A stretch of DNA of 64,000 bases, from assembly GCA_035526705.1 (NCBI GenBank), contig DATLBX010000057.1:99-64098 (forward strand), read 5' to 3'. Below, one piece after another: positions 56,405 to 64,000 of the stretch; within the stretch, counting starts at the first letter, position 1; each line of letters begins with the position of its first letter. The notes under the pieces were generated by a model that had not been told where the DNA came from, searched no databases, and saw nothing but the letters and a program-made list of their open reading frames with translations. The position numbers and the translations under genes are program-made. This DNA is from Acidimicrobiales bacterium (GTDB taxonomy: Bacteria > Actinomycetota > Acidimicrobiia > Acidimicrobiales > JAHWKP01).

Positions 56405-58323
56405 GGCTCCGCCGTCGTGCTCGTCGTGGTGGTGTCTCCGTTACCCGCGGCCAGGCGGCCGACCACGATGGTCACCGTTGCGCCTCGATCCGCCTCACGG
56501 CCGCCCTCGGGGCTCTGATCCAGCACGATTCCGTCGTCGCTCTCCCGCACCACGGTCTGATACCTCTTCGACACGCGGAAACCCGCGTTGTTGAGTATGG
56601 ATTCGGCCTCGGCCTCACTCCGGCCGGTCACATCCGGGACCTTCTGCGTCTCCGGTTCGGGGGCCCCGCTCGACACGACAATGGTCACCGAGCTACCGAG
56701 CTCCGCGCTGCTCCCGGCTTCGGGATTCGTGCGGATGACCCGTCCGGATTCCACAGTCGCGGACTCCTCCTTGTCGACCGTCACTTCGAAACCTTCGGCT
56801 TCCAGCCTTCGGCGCGCGTCAGCTTCGGGCAGATTGGTCACGTCGGGAACCTCGCCCGTGGGTGTGCCGCTCGATACCACGAGCCCCACGGTGCTGCCCG
56901 CCGGCGCCGTCTGACCGGCCTGCGGGCTCTGCGTGAGGACGGTCCCGTCGGGTTTGTCGCGGCTGGCTTCCTCCGTGACGCTCACCACGAAGCCCGCCTC
57001 CTCCAAGATGCGCCTGGCTTCGGCCTCCGACTCGCCTATGACGTCGGGTACTTCCGCCCCCGGCGTTCCTCGGCTGACGAACAGCACCACGACCGAGCCG
57101 GACTCCACCTTCTCGTTGGCCACCGGGTCTTGGTTGAACACGACCCCCTTCTCGGCCGCGCTCGCCTCTTCCTTGATCTGCGGCGTGAGCCCCGCGTCGC
57201 GAATGATCTGTTCGGCTTCAGCTTGGGGATGAGCCGTGGCGTTGGGTACCGCGACCAGTTCACCCGTTTCGCCGCCGAAGACTCCGAGGGTTCGCCCCAG
57301 AAGAAAGAGCAGTAACGCCAGAAGAGTCAGGAGCCCCAGGAGGAGGGCGACATAGACGCCCGTCCGTCTGTCCGACTGCTCGGCTTCGTACACCTCCCCG
57401 GGAGGCGGCCCTTGGCGCTGCTGCGCGACGGGCACGGCCTGGGTGCGGTCTGCCCTCGGCGCGGGTGCCGGGGTGTAGGTCGGAGCGGCGGCGACGGGAC
57501 GGCCCTGGCGAAAGCGCACCAGGTCGTCGCGCAATTCGAGCGCGTTGGCGTAGCGGTCGTCGGGGTTCTTGGCCATCGCCGTGAGAACGATCCGCTCGAA
57601 GTCTGCGGGTACGTCGGGGTTCCGCCGGCTCGGCAATACCGGGTCTTCCCGCACATGCTTGTATGCGACCGCCACCGGCGAGTCCGCACTGAAGGGCGGC
57701 GCGCCGGTCACCAGCTCGTAGAGCACGACACCCAGCGAGTACACGTCGCTGCGCGGGTCGATGCGCTGGCCCTGAGCCTGTTCCGGAGAGAAATACGTCG
57801 CCGTACCCATCACAGAGCCGGGCTGGGTCAGGTTCTCGGTCGTGTTGACGGCTCGGGCGATGCCGAAGTCCGTCACCTTTATCTGCCCGTTGCGGTCGAT
57901 CAGCACATTGCCGGGCTTGACGTCGCGGTGGACCATGTTCCCGCGGTGCGCGACAGCGAGTGCCGCCGCGATCTCGGCCCCTATCTCCGCGGCCTCGTCG
58001 GCCTGCAGCGCGCCGGCTCGATGAACGAGTGAAGCCAGCGACTCACCGTCCACGAACTCCATGACTATGAAGTACGTGCCGTCTTCCTCTCCCCAGTCGT
58101 AGACCGACACGATGTTGGGGTGGCTGAGGTTGGCCGCGGCTTGAGCCTCACGACGGAAACGCTCCACAAAGGTGGGATCGCGCGACAGTTCCGGATAGAG
58201 AACCTTGAGCGCGACGGGGCGGTCGAGCAGGAGGTCTCGCGCCAAGAACACCTCGGCCATTCCTCCGCGTGCCAACTTGCGGACGAGCTCGTACCGCCCG
58301 CTCCATACCTGCGTCTCAGTCAT
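56401..58323 (-). CDS. pknB: Ser/Thr protein kinase PknB with four extracellular PASTA domains
   Basis: Kinase motifs GGMAEVFLA, HRDVKPGN, DFGIA, then a TM segment and four PASTA repeats. Confidence 0.93.
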   Translation of the reverse strand: MTETQVWSGRYELVRKLARGGMAEVFLARDLLLDRPVALKVLYPELSRDPTFVERFRREAQAAANLSHPNIVSVYDWGEEDGTYFIVMEFVDGESLASLVHRAGALQADEAAEIGAEIAAALAVAHRGNMVHRDVKPGNVLIDRNGQIKVTDFGIARAVNTTENLTQPGSVMGTATYFSPEQAQGQRIDPRSDVYSLGVVLYELVTGAPPFSADSPVAVAYKHVREDPVLPSRRNPDVPADFERIVLTAMAKNPDDRYANALELRDDLVRFRQGRPVAAAPTYTPAPAPRADRTQAVPVAQQRQGPPPGEVYEAEQSDRRTGVYVALLLGLLTLLALLLFLLGRTLGVFGGETGELVAVPNATAHPQAEAEQIIRDAGLTPQIKEEASAAEKGVVFNQDPVANEKVESGSVVVLFVSRGTPGAEVPDVIGESEAEARRILEEAGFVVSVTEEASRDKPDGTVLTQSPQAGQTAPAGSTVGLVVSSGTPTGEVPDVTNLPEADARRRLEAEGFEVTVDKEESATVESGRVIRTNPEAGSSAELGSSVTIVVSSGAPEPETQKVPDVTGRSEAEAESILNNAGFRVSKRYQTVVRESDDGIVLDQSPEGGREADRGATVTIVVGRLAAGNGDTTTTSTTAEP

Positions 58324-58329
58324 TCGGGG

Positions 58330-59796
58330 TCAATCTACGGGAGGAGGCTGTCGCGACAGTGCCGCAGCCAGTACGGCGCGAGCGATGGGAGCGGCGACGC
58401 GTCCGCCGGTCGCCTCCGTCACGCCGTCCTGGCTCTCCACCACGACCGCCACCGCGACCGTAGGGGCCTCCGCCGGAGCGAAGGCGATCATCCATGCGTG
58501 GGCGTTGTCGCCCGTCGTCTGCGCGGTACCGGTCTTGCCTGCGACTGTCACACCGGGGATGGCAGCGCGCGTGCCGCTACCGGACGCCACTACGCCGACC
58601 ATCATGTCGCGCAGCAGCGCGGCGTTCTGGGGCGACATCGCCTGCTGCCACGGACTTGGATCGGCACTGCGAATGAGACGGCCCTGGGGATCGCGGATCT
58701 CCCCCATCACATGCGGGGTCATGGCGACCCCGCCGTTACCGACCGCAGCCGCGACCAACGCCATCTGAAGCGGGGTGGCGCTGACGTCCTGCTGACCGAT
58801 CGCCGACTTGGCCAGCGCGGGGACGTCGCGCCGGAAGGCAGCCGCATCGGGGAACACCGATCGCGCTGCCGCCGGCAGGTCGATCGGGGGAATGCTGCCG
58901 AACCCGAAGTCCTCAGCCTCCCCCGCCAACTTCTCGGCGCCGAGATCGATGCCCAACTGAGCGAAGCCCGTGTTGCAGGAAACGCGGAGCAGGTTGGGAA
59001 CCGTGCCGCCGCAGCTGCCTCCGCCGAAGTTCGGCAGGCCCTGGTCTGTCTGCGGGAGATCCAGCGTCTTCAGGACGGGATAGTCCTTGTTGACGAGCTC
59101 GGAAGCCCGCTCGATCGCCGCGGCGGCGGTGATCACCTTGAAGGTGGAGCCGGGCGCGTAGCGCTCCCGGAAGGTGCGCGGCAACATCGGCTTGTCCGCC
59201 GACGCAGTAAGGCGTTCCCACTCTGCGCGCACCGCCTTCTGGTCGTGAGCCGAGAGTGGATTGGGGTCATAGGTCGGAAAGCTCTGCAGCGCCAGGATTG
59301 CGCCGGTGCGGGGATCTATAGCAACCACCGCGCCGCGACGCTCGCCCAACGCGCCGGCCGCCGCCTCTTGGATCGCCTTGCTGACGGTGAGCGTCACGTT
59401 GGCGCCCTGCGGCTCGTCGGCCAGCACATTTCCCAGCTGGCGGATGCGGACGTCACCGCTGCGGCCCGAGAGCTCCGATGCGTAAGTCCGCTCGACTCCG
59501 TCGGTGCCGAAGGTGAACGAGAAGAACCCGGTGATGTGTGCGAAGAGCGGTCCTTCGGGGTATTGGCGCAAACGCTCGAACGGCGTGTCGACCGGGACAG
59601 ACCGCGCGATCACCACCCCGTCGGCGGTGCGGATCTCACCACGCGGACTGGAGAAGTCCCGCACGGCGACGCGGTTGTTGCCCGAATGGTTTGCCAGGCT
59701 TTCGGCGCGGAAGACCTGCAGGTAGTTGAGCTGCGCGAACAGCGCGCCGAACAGCACCATCATCGCGATGCCCAGAGTCCTGATTTGCCTGTTCAC
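58330..59796 (-). CDS. pbpA: Penicillin-binding protein A (class B transpeptidase)
   Basis: STFK, SCN and KTGTA motifs. Confidence 0.92.
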   Translation of the reverse strand: MNRQIRTLGIAMMVLFGALFAQLNYLQVFRAESLANHSGNNRVAVRDFSSPRGEIRTADGVVIARSVPVDTPFERLRQYPEGPLFAHITGFFSFTFGTDGVERTYASELSGRSGDVRIRQLGNVLADEPQGANVTLTVSKAIQEAAAGALGERRGAVVAIDPRTGAILALQSFPTYDPNPLSAHDQKAVRAEWERLTASADKPMLPRTFRERYAPGSTFKVITAAAAIERASELVNKDYPVLKTLDLPQTDQGLPNFGGGSCGGTVPNLLRVSCNTGFAQLGIDLGAEKLAGEAEDFGFGSIPPIDLPAAARSVFPDAAAFRRDVPALAKSAIGQQDVSATPLQMALVAAAVGNGGVAMTPHVMGEIRDPQGRLIRSADPSPWQQAMSPQNAALLRDMMVGVVASGSGTRAAIPGVTVAGKTGTAQTTGDNAHAWMIAFAPAEAPTVAVAVVVESQDGVTEATGGRVAAPIARAVLAAALSRQPPPVD

Positions 59797-61121
59797 AGTT
59801 GCTCTTGGAGGGCGGCCGCCTGACGCCCGTTGTCGTTACTTATTCGGATCAGCAGAGCCAGAAGGATGTAGTTCGCCACCAGAGAGGAGCCGCCGTAGGA
59901 CACGAAAGGAAGTGTGATTCCCGTCAGCGGCACCAGCCGCGTAACGCCGCCCAGAATGATGAAGGTCTGCACGCCGACAATCGTCGTGAGGCCGGCGGCG
60001 AGCAGCTTGTCCAGCGGGTGCTGGGCCCGACGCGCAATGCCGAGTCCTGCGCCGATCATCACGAGGAAGGCCACAAGGATCGCCGTCGTGCCGAGCAGCC
60101 CGAGCTCCTCTCCGATCGCGGAGAAGATGAAGTCCGTTTCTGCCGCGGGAATCTGCTGCGGGGAGCCGAGCGACAGCCCGGTACCCGACAGCCCGCCGGT
60201 GCCGAGGGCGTAGGACGACTGCACGATCTGATAGCCCTCGCCGGCCGCGGCGGGCCAGGGATTGATCCAGATGCGAACGCGGGTCTGCACGTGCTCGAAC
60301 ACCGACCACGCCGAGAAGGCCCCGATGGAGAACAGGCCCGCGCCCAGCGCCAGCCACCCGGCGCGCTCCGTCGCGATCCAGAGCATCACGACAAACAGAG
60401 CAAAGAACAGCAGGGAGGAGCCCAGGTCCTTCTGAGACGTCATGACCAGGATCGACACGCCCCAGGCGAGCAGTATCGGGGCCGCCGAACGCGGGTCGGG
60501 CAAAGAGATCGGCCCCAGCCGCCACGTGCTGCGCGCCAGAAGGTCGCGCTTTTCCACCAGATACGAAGCGAAGAAGGCGGCCAACGCGATCTTGGCAAGC
60601 TCGCCCGGCTGGAAGGAGAGCGGGCCGAGACCCACCCAGAGGCGCGCCCCGTTGACGGTGTAACCGATCCCGGGCACCAGCGGCAGAAGTAGTAGCCCCA
60701 GACCGAGCAACGCGAGTGTCCAGCGGTACCGATCCAGCAGGCGAGCCTCGCGAACAACGAACAGCGTCGCCGCGAACCCGGCCACGCCGAGCGCGGTCCA
60801 GGTGGCTTGGGCCGCGGCGCGATCCGCGTCGAGTCGGGCGATGAACACGTATCCGATGCCGTTCAGAGCCGCGGCGACAGGGAGGAGTACCGGGGTGGCA
60901 CGAGGCGCGAGCCGCCGAGTCACCACGTGCGCGACCGCCAGTGTGCCCAACGTGAAACCGAGGAATGGCGCCAGGTCGACCGGCACGGAGGCAGTTCGCC
61001 CCAGGCTGGCCAGCACATACGCCGCGACGGTGAGGAGCCCGGCGAGCATGAGGAGGCGGGCCTCCTTCGCTCGAGGTTTCAGGGCGCGGGTCGCGGCGGG
61101 TCGCGACGCGGTGGCCGTCAC
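59793..61121 (-). CDS. rodA: FtsW/RodA/SpoVE family peptidoglycan glycosyltransferase
   Basis: SEDS pattern TDFIFSAIGEELG...PFVSYGGSS. GTG at 61121 overlaps the pstP stop as GTGA (the ORF track extends to 61286). Confidence 0.9.
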   Translation of the reverse strand: MTATASRPAATRALKPRAKEARLLMLAGLLTVAAYVLASLGRTASVPVDLAPFLGFTLGTLAVAHVVTRRLAPRATPVLLPVAAALNGIGYVFIARLDADRAAAQATWTALGVAGFAATLFVVREARLLDRYRWTLALLGLGLLLLPLVPGIGYTVNGARLWVGLGPLSFQPGELAKIALAAFFASYLVEKRDLLARSTWRLGPISLPDPRSAAPILLAWGVSILVMTSQKDLGSSLLFFALFVVMLWIATERAGWLALGAGLFSIGAFSAWSVFEHVQTRVRIWINPWPAAAGEGYQIVQSSYALGTGGLSGTGLSLGSPQQIPAAETDFIFSAIGEELGLLGTTAILVAFLVMIGAGLGIARRAQHPLDKLLAAGLTTIVGVQTFIILGGVTRLVPLTGITLPFVSYGGSSLVANYILLALLIRISNDNGRQAAALQEQL

Positions 61122-62254
61122 GGCGCGGGAGCGGGAGGCGGTGGCGGAGCTGGAGTGGGCGGCGGCGGAGGAGCGGACGTCGAGGTCGTGGTGGATGTCG
61201 AAGTGGTGGTCGGAGCCTCGGTCGTCGTGGTGCTCGTCGTGACGGTGGGTGGGGCCTCGTCGGTGAACGGACCGACGCCGGACCACGCGGCGGCCGCTGC
61301 CCCTGCACCGCCCAGCACGGCACCGACGAGGAACATCAACAGCAGCCGGCCCGCCGAGACTTTTCGGACCGTCGCCGCCCCCTCGTCAGCGGTGATGTCG
61401 TCGGCAGTCGAGCGCGGTGTCACTACCGGGAGCTCCTGAGTGGGCGCCGAATCCTCGTCGACTTCCACCGGGGTCGACGTTCGGGTCGCCTCCGCCAGCG
61501 CCTTCGACGCGGCCTCAGCGCGGCCGCCGTCGTTCACGACATCGACGATCACGACAGTGATGTTGTCGCTGCCCCCGGCGGCGCGCGCCATGTCCACCAA
61601 CTTGTGCGCCGCAACTTGAGGATCCGCCTCGGTGCGCAGCACCGGGGCGATCTGGTCATCGGGGACTTCTCCAAATAGACCGTCGCTCGCGAGCAGGAAT
61701 CGGTCGCCGGCGTACGGCACGAGCTGCCAGACGTCGACCTCGACCTCGTCGTCGGTACCCAGGACCCGCGTTATGAGGTTGCGCTGCGGATGGACGGCGG
61801 CCTGCGCAGCTGTGAGCTCGCCGCGGCGCAGCAGCTCGCCCGGGACGTTGTGATCCTCCGTGAGTTGCTGCAATTCGCCGTCGCGTAAGAGGTAACCCCG
61901 CGAGTCGCCGACGTTGGCGAGGGCCATCTCGTCGTCGGTGCTGCCCTCGGCGCGCGGCAGCAGGGCCAGAGCGGTCATCGTCGTTCCCATGCCGCGCAAC
62001 TTCGGTGATCCGGCCTTCTCGAATACAGCGCGGTTGGCGTCCTTCACCGCGGCAACAAGCGCGTCCGCGTCAGCGCCGTCTTCGAAAGCCGCCCGAACGG
62101 CCTCGACCGCGGTGGCCGATGCCACATCGCCGCCACGTGCGCCGCCCATTCCGTCGGCCACCGCGAAGAGCGGGGAGGCCAGCAGGTAGCTGTCGTCGTT
62201 CTTCTCGCGAACCAGGCCGATGTCGGTTGCCGCAGCCCAGCGCAGCTCGGTCAT
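61118..62254 (-). CDS. pstP: PP2C-family Ser/Thr phosphatase PstP with TM and Thr/Pro-rich extracellular tail
   Basis: PP2C motifs DIGLVREKNDD, ADGMGG, SDG and DNITVV, followed by a TM segment and TTSTTTTEAPTTTSTSTTTSTSAPPPPP. Confidence 0.92.
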   Translation of the reverse strand: MTELRWAAATDIGLVREKNDDSYLLASPLFAVADGMGGARGGDVASATAVEAVRAAFEDGADADALVAAVKDANRAVFEKAGSPKLRGMGTTMTALALLPRAEGSTDDEMALANVGDSRGYLLRDGELQQLTEDHNVPGELLRRGELTAAQAAVHPQRNLITRVLGTDDEVEVDVWQLVPYAGDRFLLASDGLFGEVPDDQIAPVLRTEADPQVAAHKLVDMARAAGGSDNITVVIVDVVNDGGRAEAASKALAEATRTSTPVEVDEDSAPTQELPVVTPRSTADDITADEGAATVRKVSAGRLLLMFLVGAVLGGAGAAAAAWSGVGPFTDEAPPTVTTSTTTTEAPTTTSTSTTTSTSAPPPPPTPAPPPPPAPAP

Positions 62255-62679
62255 CGGGTCAACTCCAGAACGGTTTGGCCTATTTGAACGCGGTCTCCGC
62301 GTTTCACGGGCACGGCGCGCTTGGCTTGACGCCGGTTCACGAACGTTCCGTTGGTGGAGCCGAGATCCTCGACGAAGAGCTTGTTGTTCTGCCGGAAGAA
62401 TCGGGCGTGGAGTTGGCTCACCGTCGAATCCTCACCCAGTGCGATCCCACAGTTGGCACCCCGGCCGACCGTGGTCTCCTCCGCCAGGTCGAACGTCTGC
62501 CCCTTCGATTCGGGCGGGGCTACGACCCGGACGCGTGCCGCGGTGGCCTGTGCCACTGCGGTTTCCCGGGTGGTCGGCGCCGACGATTCGGCCCAGACCG
62601 AGCGCAGGACGCGGAAGAAGAAGAGGTACAGGCCGGCAAGGAACACCAGCTTCAGGATGGTGAGTACGGCGTCGCTCAC
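62251..62679 (-). CDS. fhaB: FHA-domain protein FhaB/FipA
   Basis: N-terminal TM plus C-terminal FHA (GRGANCGIALGEDSTVSQLHARF...STNGTFVN). Confidence 0.9.
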   Translation of the reverse strand: MSDAVLTILKLVFLAGLYLFFFRVLRSVWAESSAPTTRETAVAQATAARVRVVAPPESKGQTFDLAEETTVGRGANCGIALGEDSTVSQLHARFFRQNNKLFVEDLGSTNGTFVNRRQAKRAVPVKRGDRVQIGQTVLELTR

Positions 62680-62692
62680 GGTCGGGGCGTCC

Positions 62693-63355
62693 CTACCCCA
62701 CTTCGAAGCGGAACGTGCTTCTCCCGATCGAGATCTTTTCGCCGCCGGTCAATTCGCGCTCGGTGATCCCGGAGCCATTCACCCGTGTTCCGTTGACGGA
62801 GCCCAGGTCGGCGATGGCGAAGCCGTCGCCCAAACGGCGGATCTCGGCATGCCTCCGGCTCGCCTCCTTGTCATCCGGGTGAATGACGATGGTGCAGTCG
62901 TCCTCGCGGCCGATCAGGATCGGCTTTGATCGCAGCTCGACGCGCTGGCCGTCCGGCGTGATGACCGCGGCAGGCCGGCCTCCTTCGCCTTCGACCATGG
63001 TTGCGCTGAGACGGAACGTGCCGGGCGTGACGTCACGCTGGGGCTCGGCGAAACGCACCTCGACGGGGCCGATGAAGGAATAGGAGTGGGTGCGAGCGTG
63101 CTGTCGGGCCTCACTGGCCAGTTCACGGGCCAAGGTGTCGGCCCCCCGGCTCAGTCGTTCGTGGTCCTCCGTCGCCATCTCGAATACGAAGCAATTCGGC
63201 GCAACCATTCCCCGGACGCCGACCTGACGCTGGTGGTCCATCTCCCGCGTCAGGCGGCGGCCGAGCTCCGCGGGCTGCAATCCGCTCGGGAATGCTTTCG
63301 CGAAAACTCCCTCGACGAGGCGCTCCAGCTTCTTCTCAAAGTTCTGGAGCCCCAT
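62693..63355 (-). CDS. fhaA: FhaA (DUF3662 plus FHA domain)
   Basis: MGLQNFEKKLERLVEGVF N-terminus (ATG 63355) and a C-terminal FHA domain (IGREDDCTIVIHPDDKEASRRHAEI...SVNGTRVNG). Confidence 0.9.
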   Translation of the reverse strand: MGLQNFEKKLERLVEGVFAKAFPSGLQPAELGRRLTREMDHQRQVGVRGMVAPNCFVFEMATEDHERLSRGADTLARELASEARQHARTHSYSFIGPVEVRFAEPQRDVTPGTFRLSATMVEGEGGRPAAVITPDGQRVELRSKPILIGREDDCTIVIHPDDKEASRRHAEIRRLGDGFAIADLGSVNGTRVNGSGITERELTGGEKISIGRSTFRFEVG

Positions 63356-63431
63356 CGCCCGCACTGTACCCACGGGCCCCCGTCACTCGGGCCGCTCCCG
63401 CTTCGCCCCCGACTACCCTCATTGGCCCCAC

Positions 63432-63515
<84 letters not shown>

Positions 63516-63613
63516 CGCACGCATGTGATGTCTCGCGACACCGTTCAGAGGCGTCTCACGACCGTCCTGGCGCTCACGGTGCGCCCGACGCCGGAGCGGG
63601 GTAAGAAGGGGGA

Positions 63614-64000
63614 GTGTCCACGCCTGGGCCCGATGCCCTTCGGCCGACATTCGAACAGATAGCGCGCATTCTTCTGGCCGCTCCCACCCTCGACGAGAGT
63701 CTCTCCCGAATCACGGCCGCGTCGGTTCGCGTCGTCCACGGGTGCGACCACGCCGCCATCTCGCTGGTGGAGAAGCGGGCCATAACGACACAGGCAGCCA
63801 CAGACGGCGTCCCCGCACTGGTGGATGCGATCCAGTACGAGACCGGCCAGGGTCCGTGTCTCGACGCGATCCGGGATCAACTCGCCTTGAAGGTCGACGA
63901 CCTGGCCGGCGAAGGCCGGTGGGCGGACTTCGCCAGCCTGGCCGCGGCGCGAACCGGCGTCGCCAGCGTGATCTCTTTCCGGCTCTTTGTGGAGCAGGAC
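63614..64000 (+). CDS. GAF-domain protein (5' partial, runs off the window; possibly a GAF-ANTAR regulator)
   Basis: Hand translation ...FEQIARILLAAPTLDESLSRITAASVRVVHGCDHAAISLVEKR...IQYETGQGPCLDAIRD... This frame is open from the stop codon at 63602-63604 to the window end. The GTG start at 63614 is tentative. Confidence 0.6.
   Translation, partial: MSTPGPDALRPTFEQIARILLAAPTLDESLSRITAASVRVVHGCDHAAISLVEKRAITTQAATDGVPALVDAIQYETGQGPCLDAIRDQLALKVDDLAGEGRWADFASLAAARTGVASVISFRLFVEQD

Overview
High-GC chromosomal segment with Actinobacteria-type gene order. I find no transposase, integrase, phage gene, CRISPR array or obvious horizontally acquired block, so most of the window is ordinary, tightly packed core genome with many 4-nt ATGA/GTGA start-stop overlaps. 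Left to right it holds: tRNA-Thr, holB, tmk, an MFS gene and topA; dedA; a DtxR-family regulator coupled to an H+-pyrophosphatase; an APC permease with two trkA genes; an OB-fold gene and an RsbW/STAS partner-switching pair. Next come a class E sortase operon with an LAxTG substrate, directly beside a Tad/Flp pilus locus (tadZ-tadA-tadB-tadC-flp-tadE). Then: HAD-IB hydrolase, TauE, tRNA-Sec, a 1114-aa S15+S12 fusion hydrolase, a group-2-like sigma-70, and a peptidase-rich stretch (two S9 genes, a class V aminotransferase, an M16 pair, TldD/PmbA). The right end carries nadE, glnE, lipid-metabolism genes, and the conserved crgA-trpG-pknB-pbpA-rodA-pstP-fhaB-fhaA division cluster ending at tRNA-Leu. 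The most unusual signal is not a gene. Twelve copies of three related GC-rich hairpin repeat families sit at gene boundaries. Their stem sequences differ between copies but still pair, and their loops keep a GGGG run (CCCC on the other strand). Two copies lie in the tadZ/HAD spacer, which is where, from memory, the 6C sRNA maps in other Actinobacteria. Other points worth a second look are the selC gene, the fusion hydrolase, an S9 homologue lacking its catalytic Ser and His, and an operon of three unassignable genes. All coordinates and folds were worked out by hand from the sequence, and no database search was possible.
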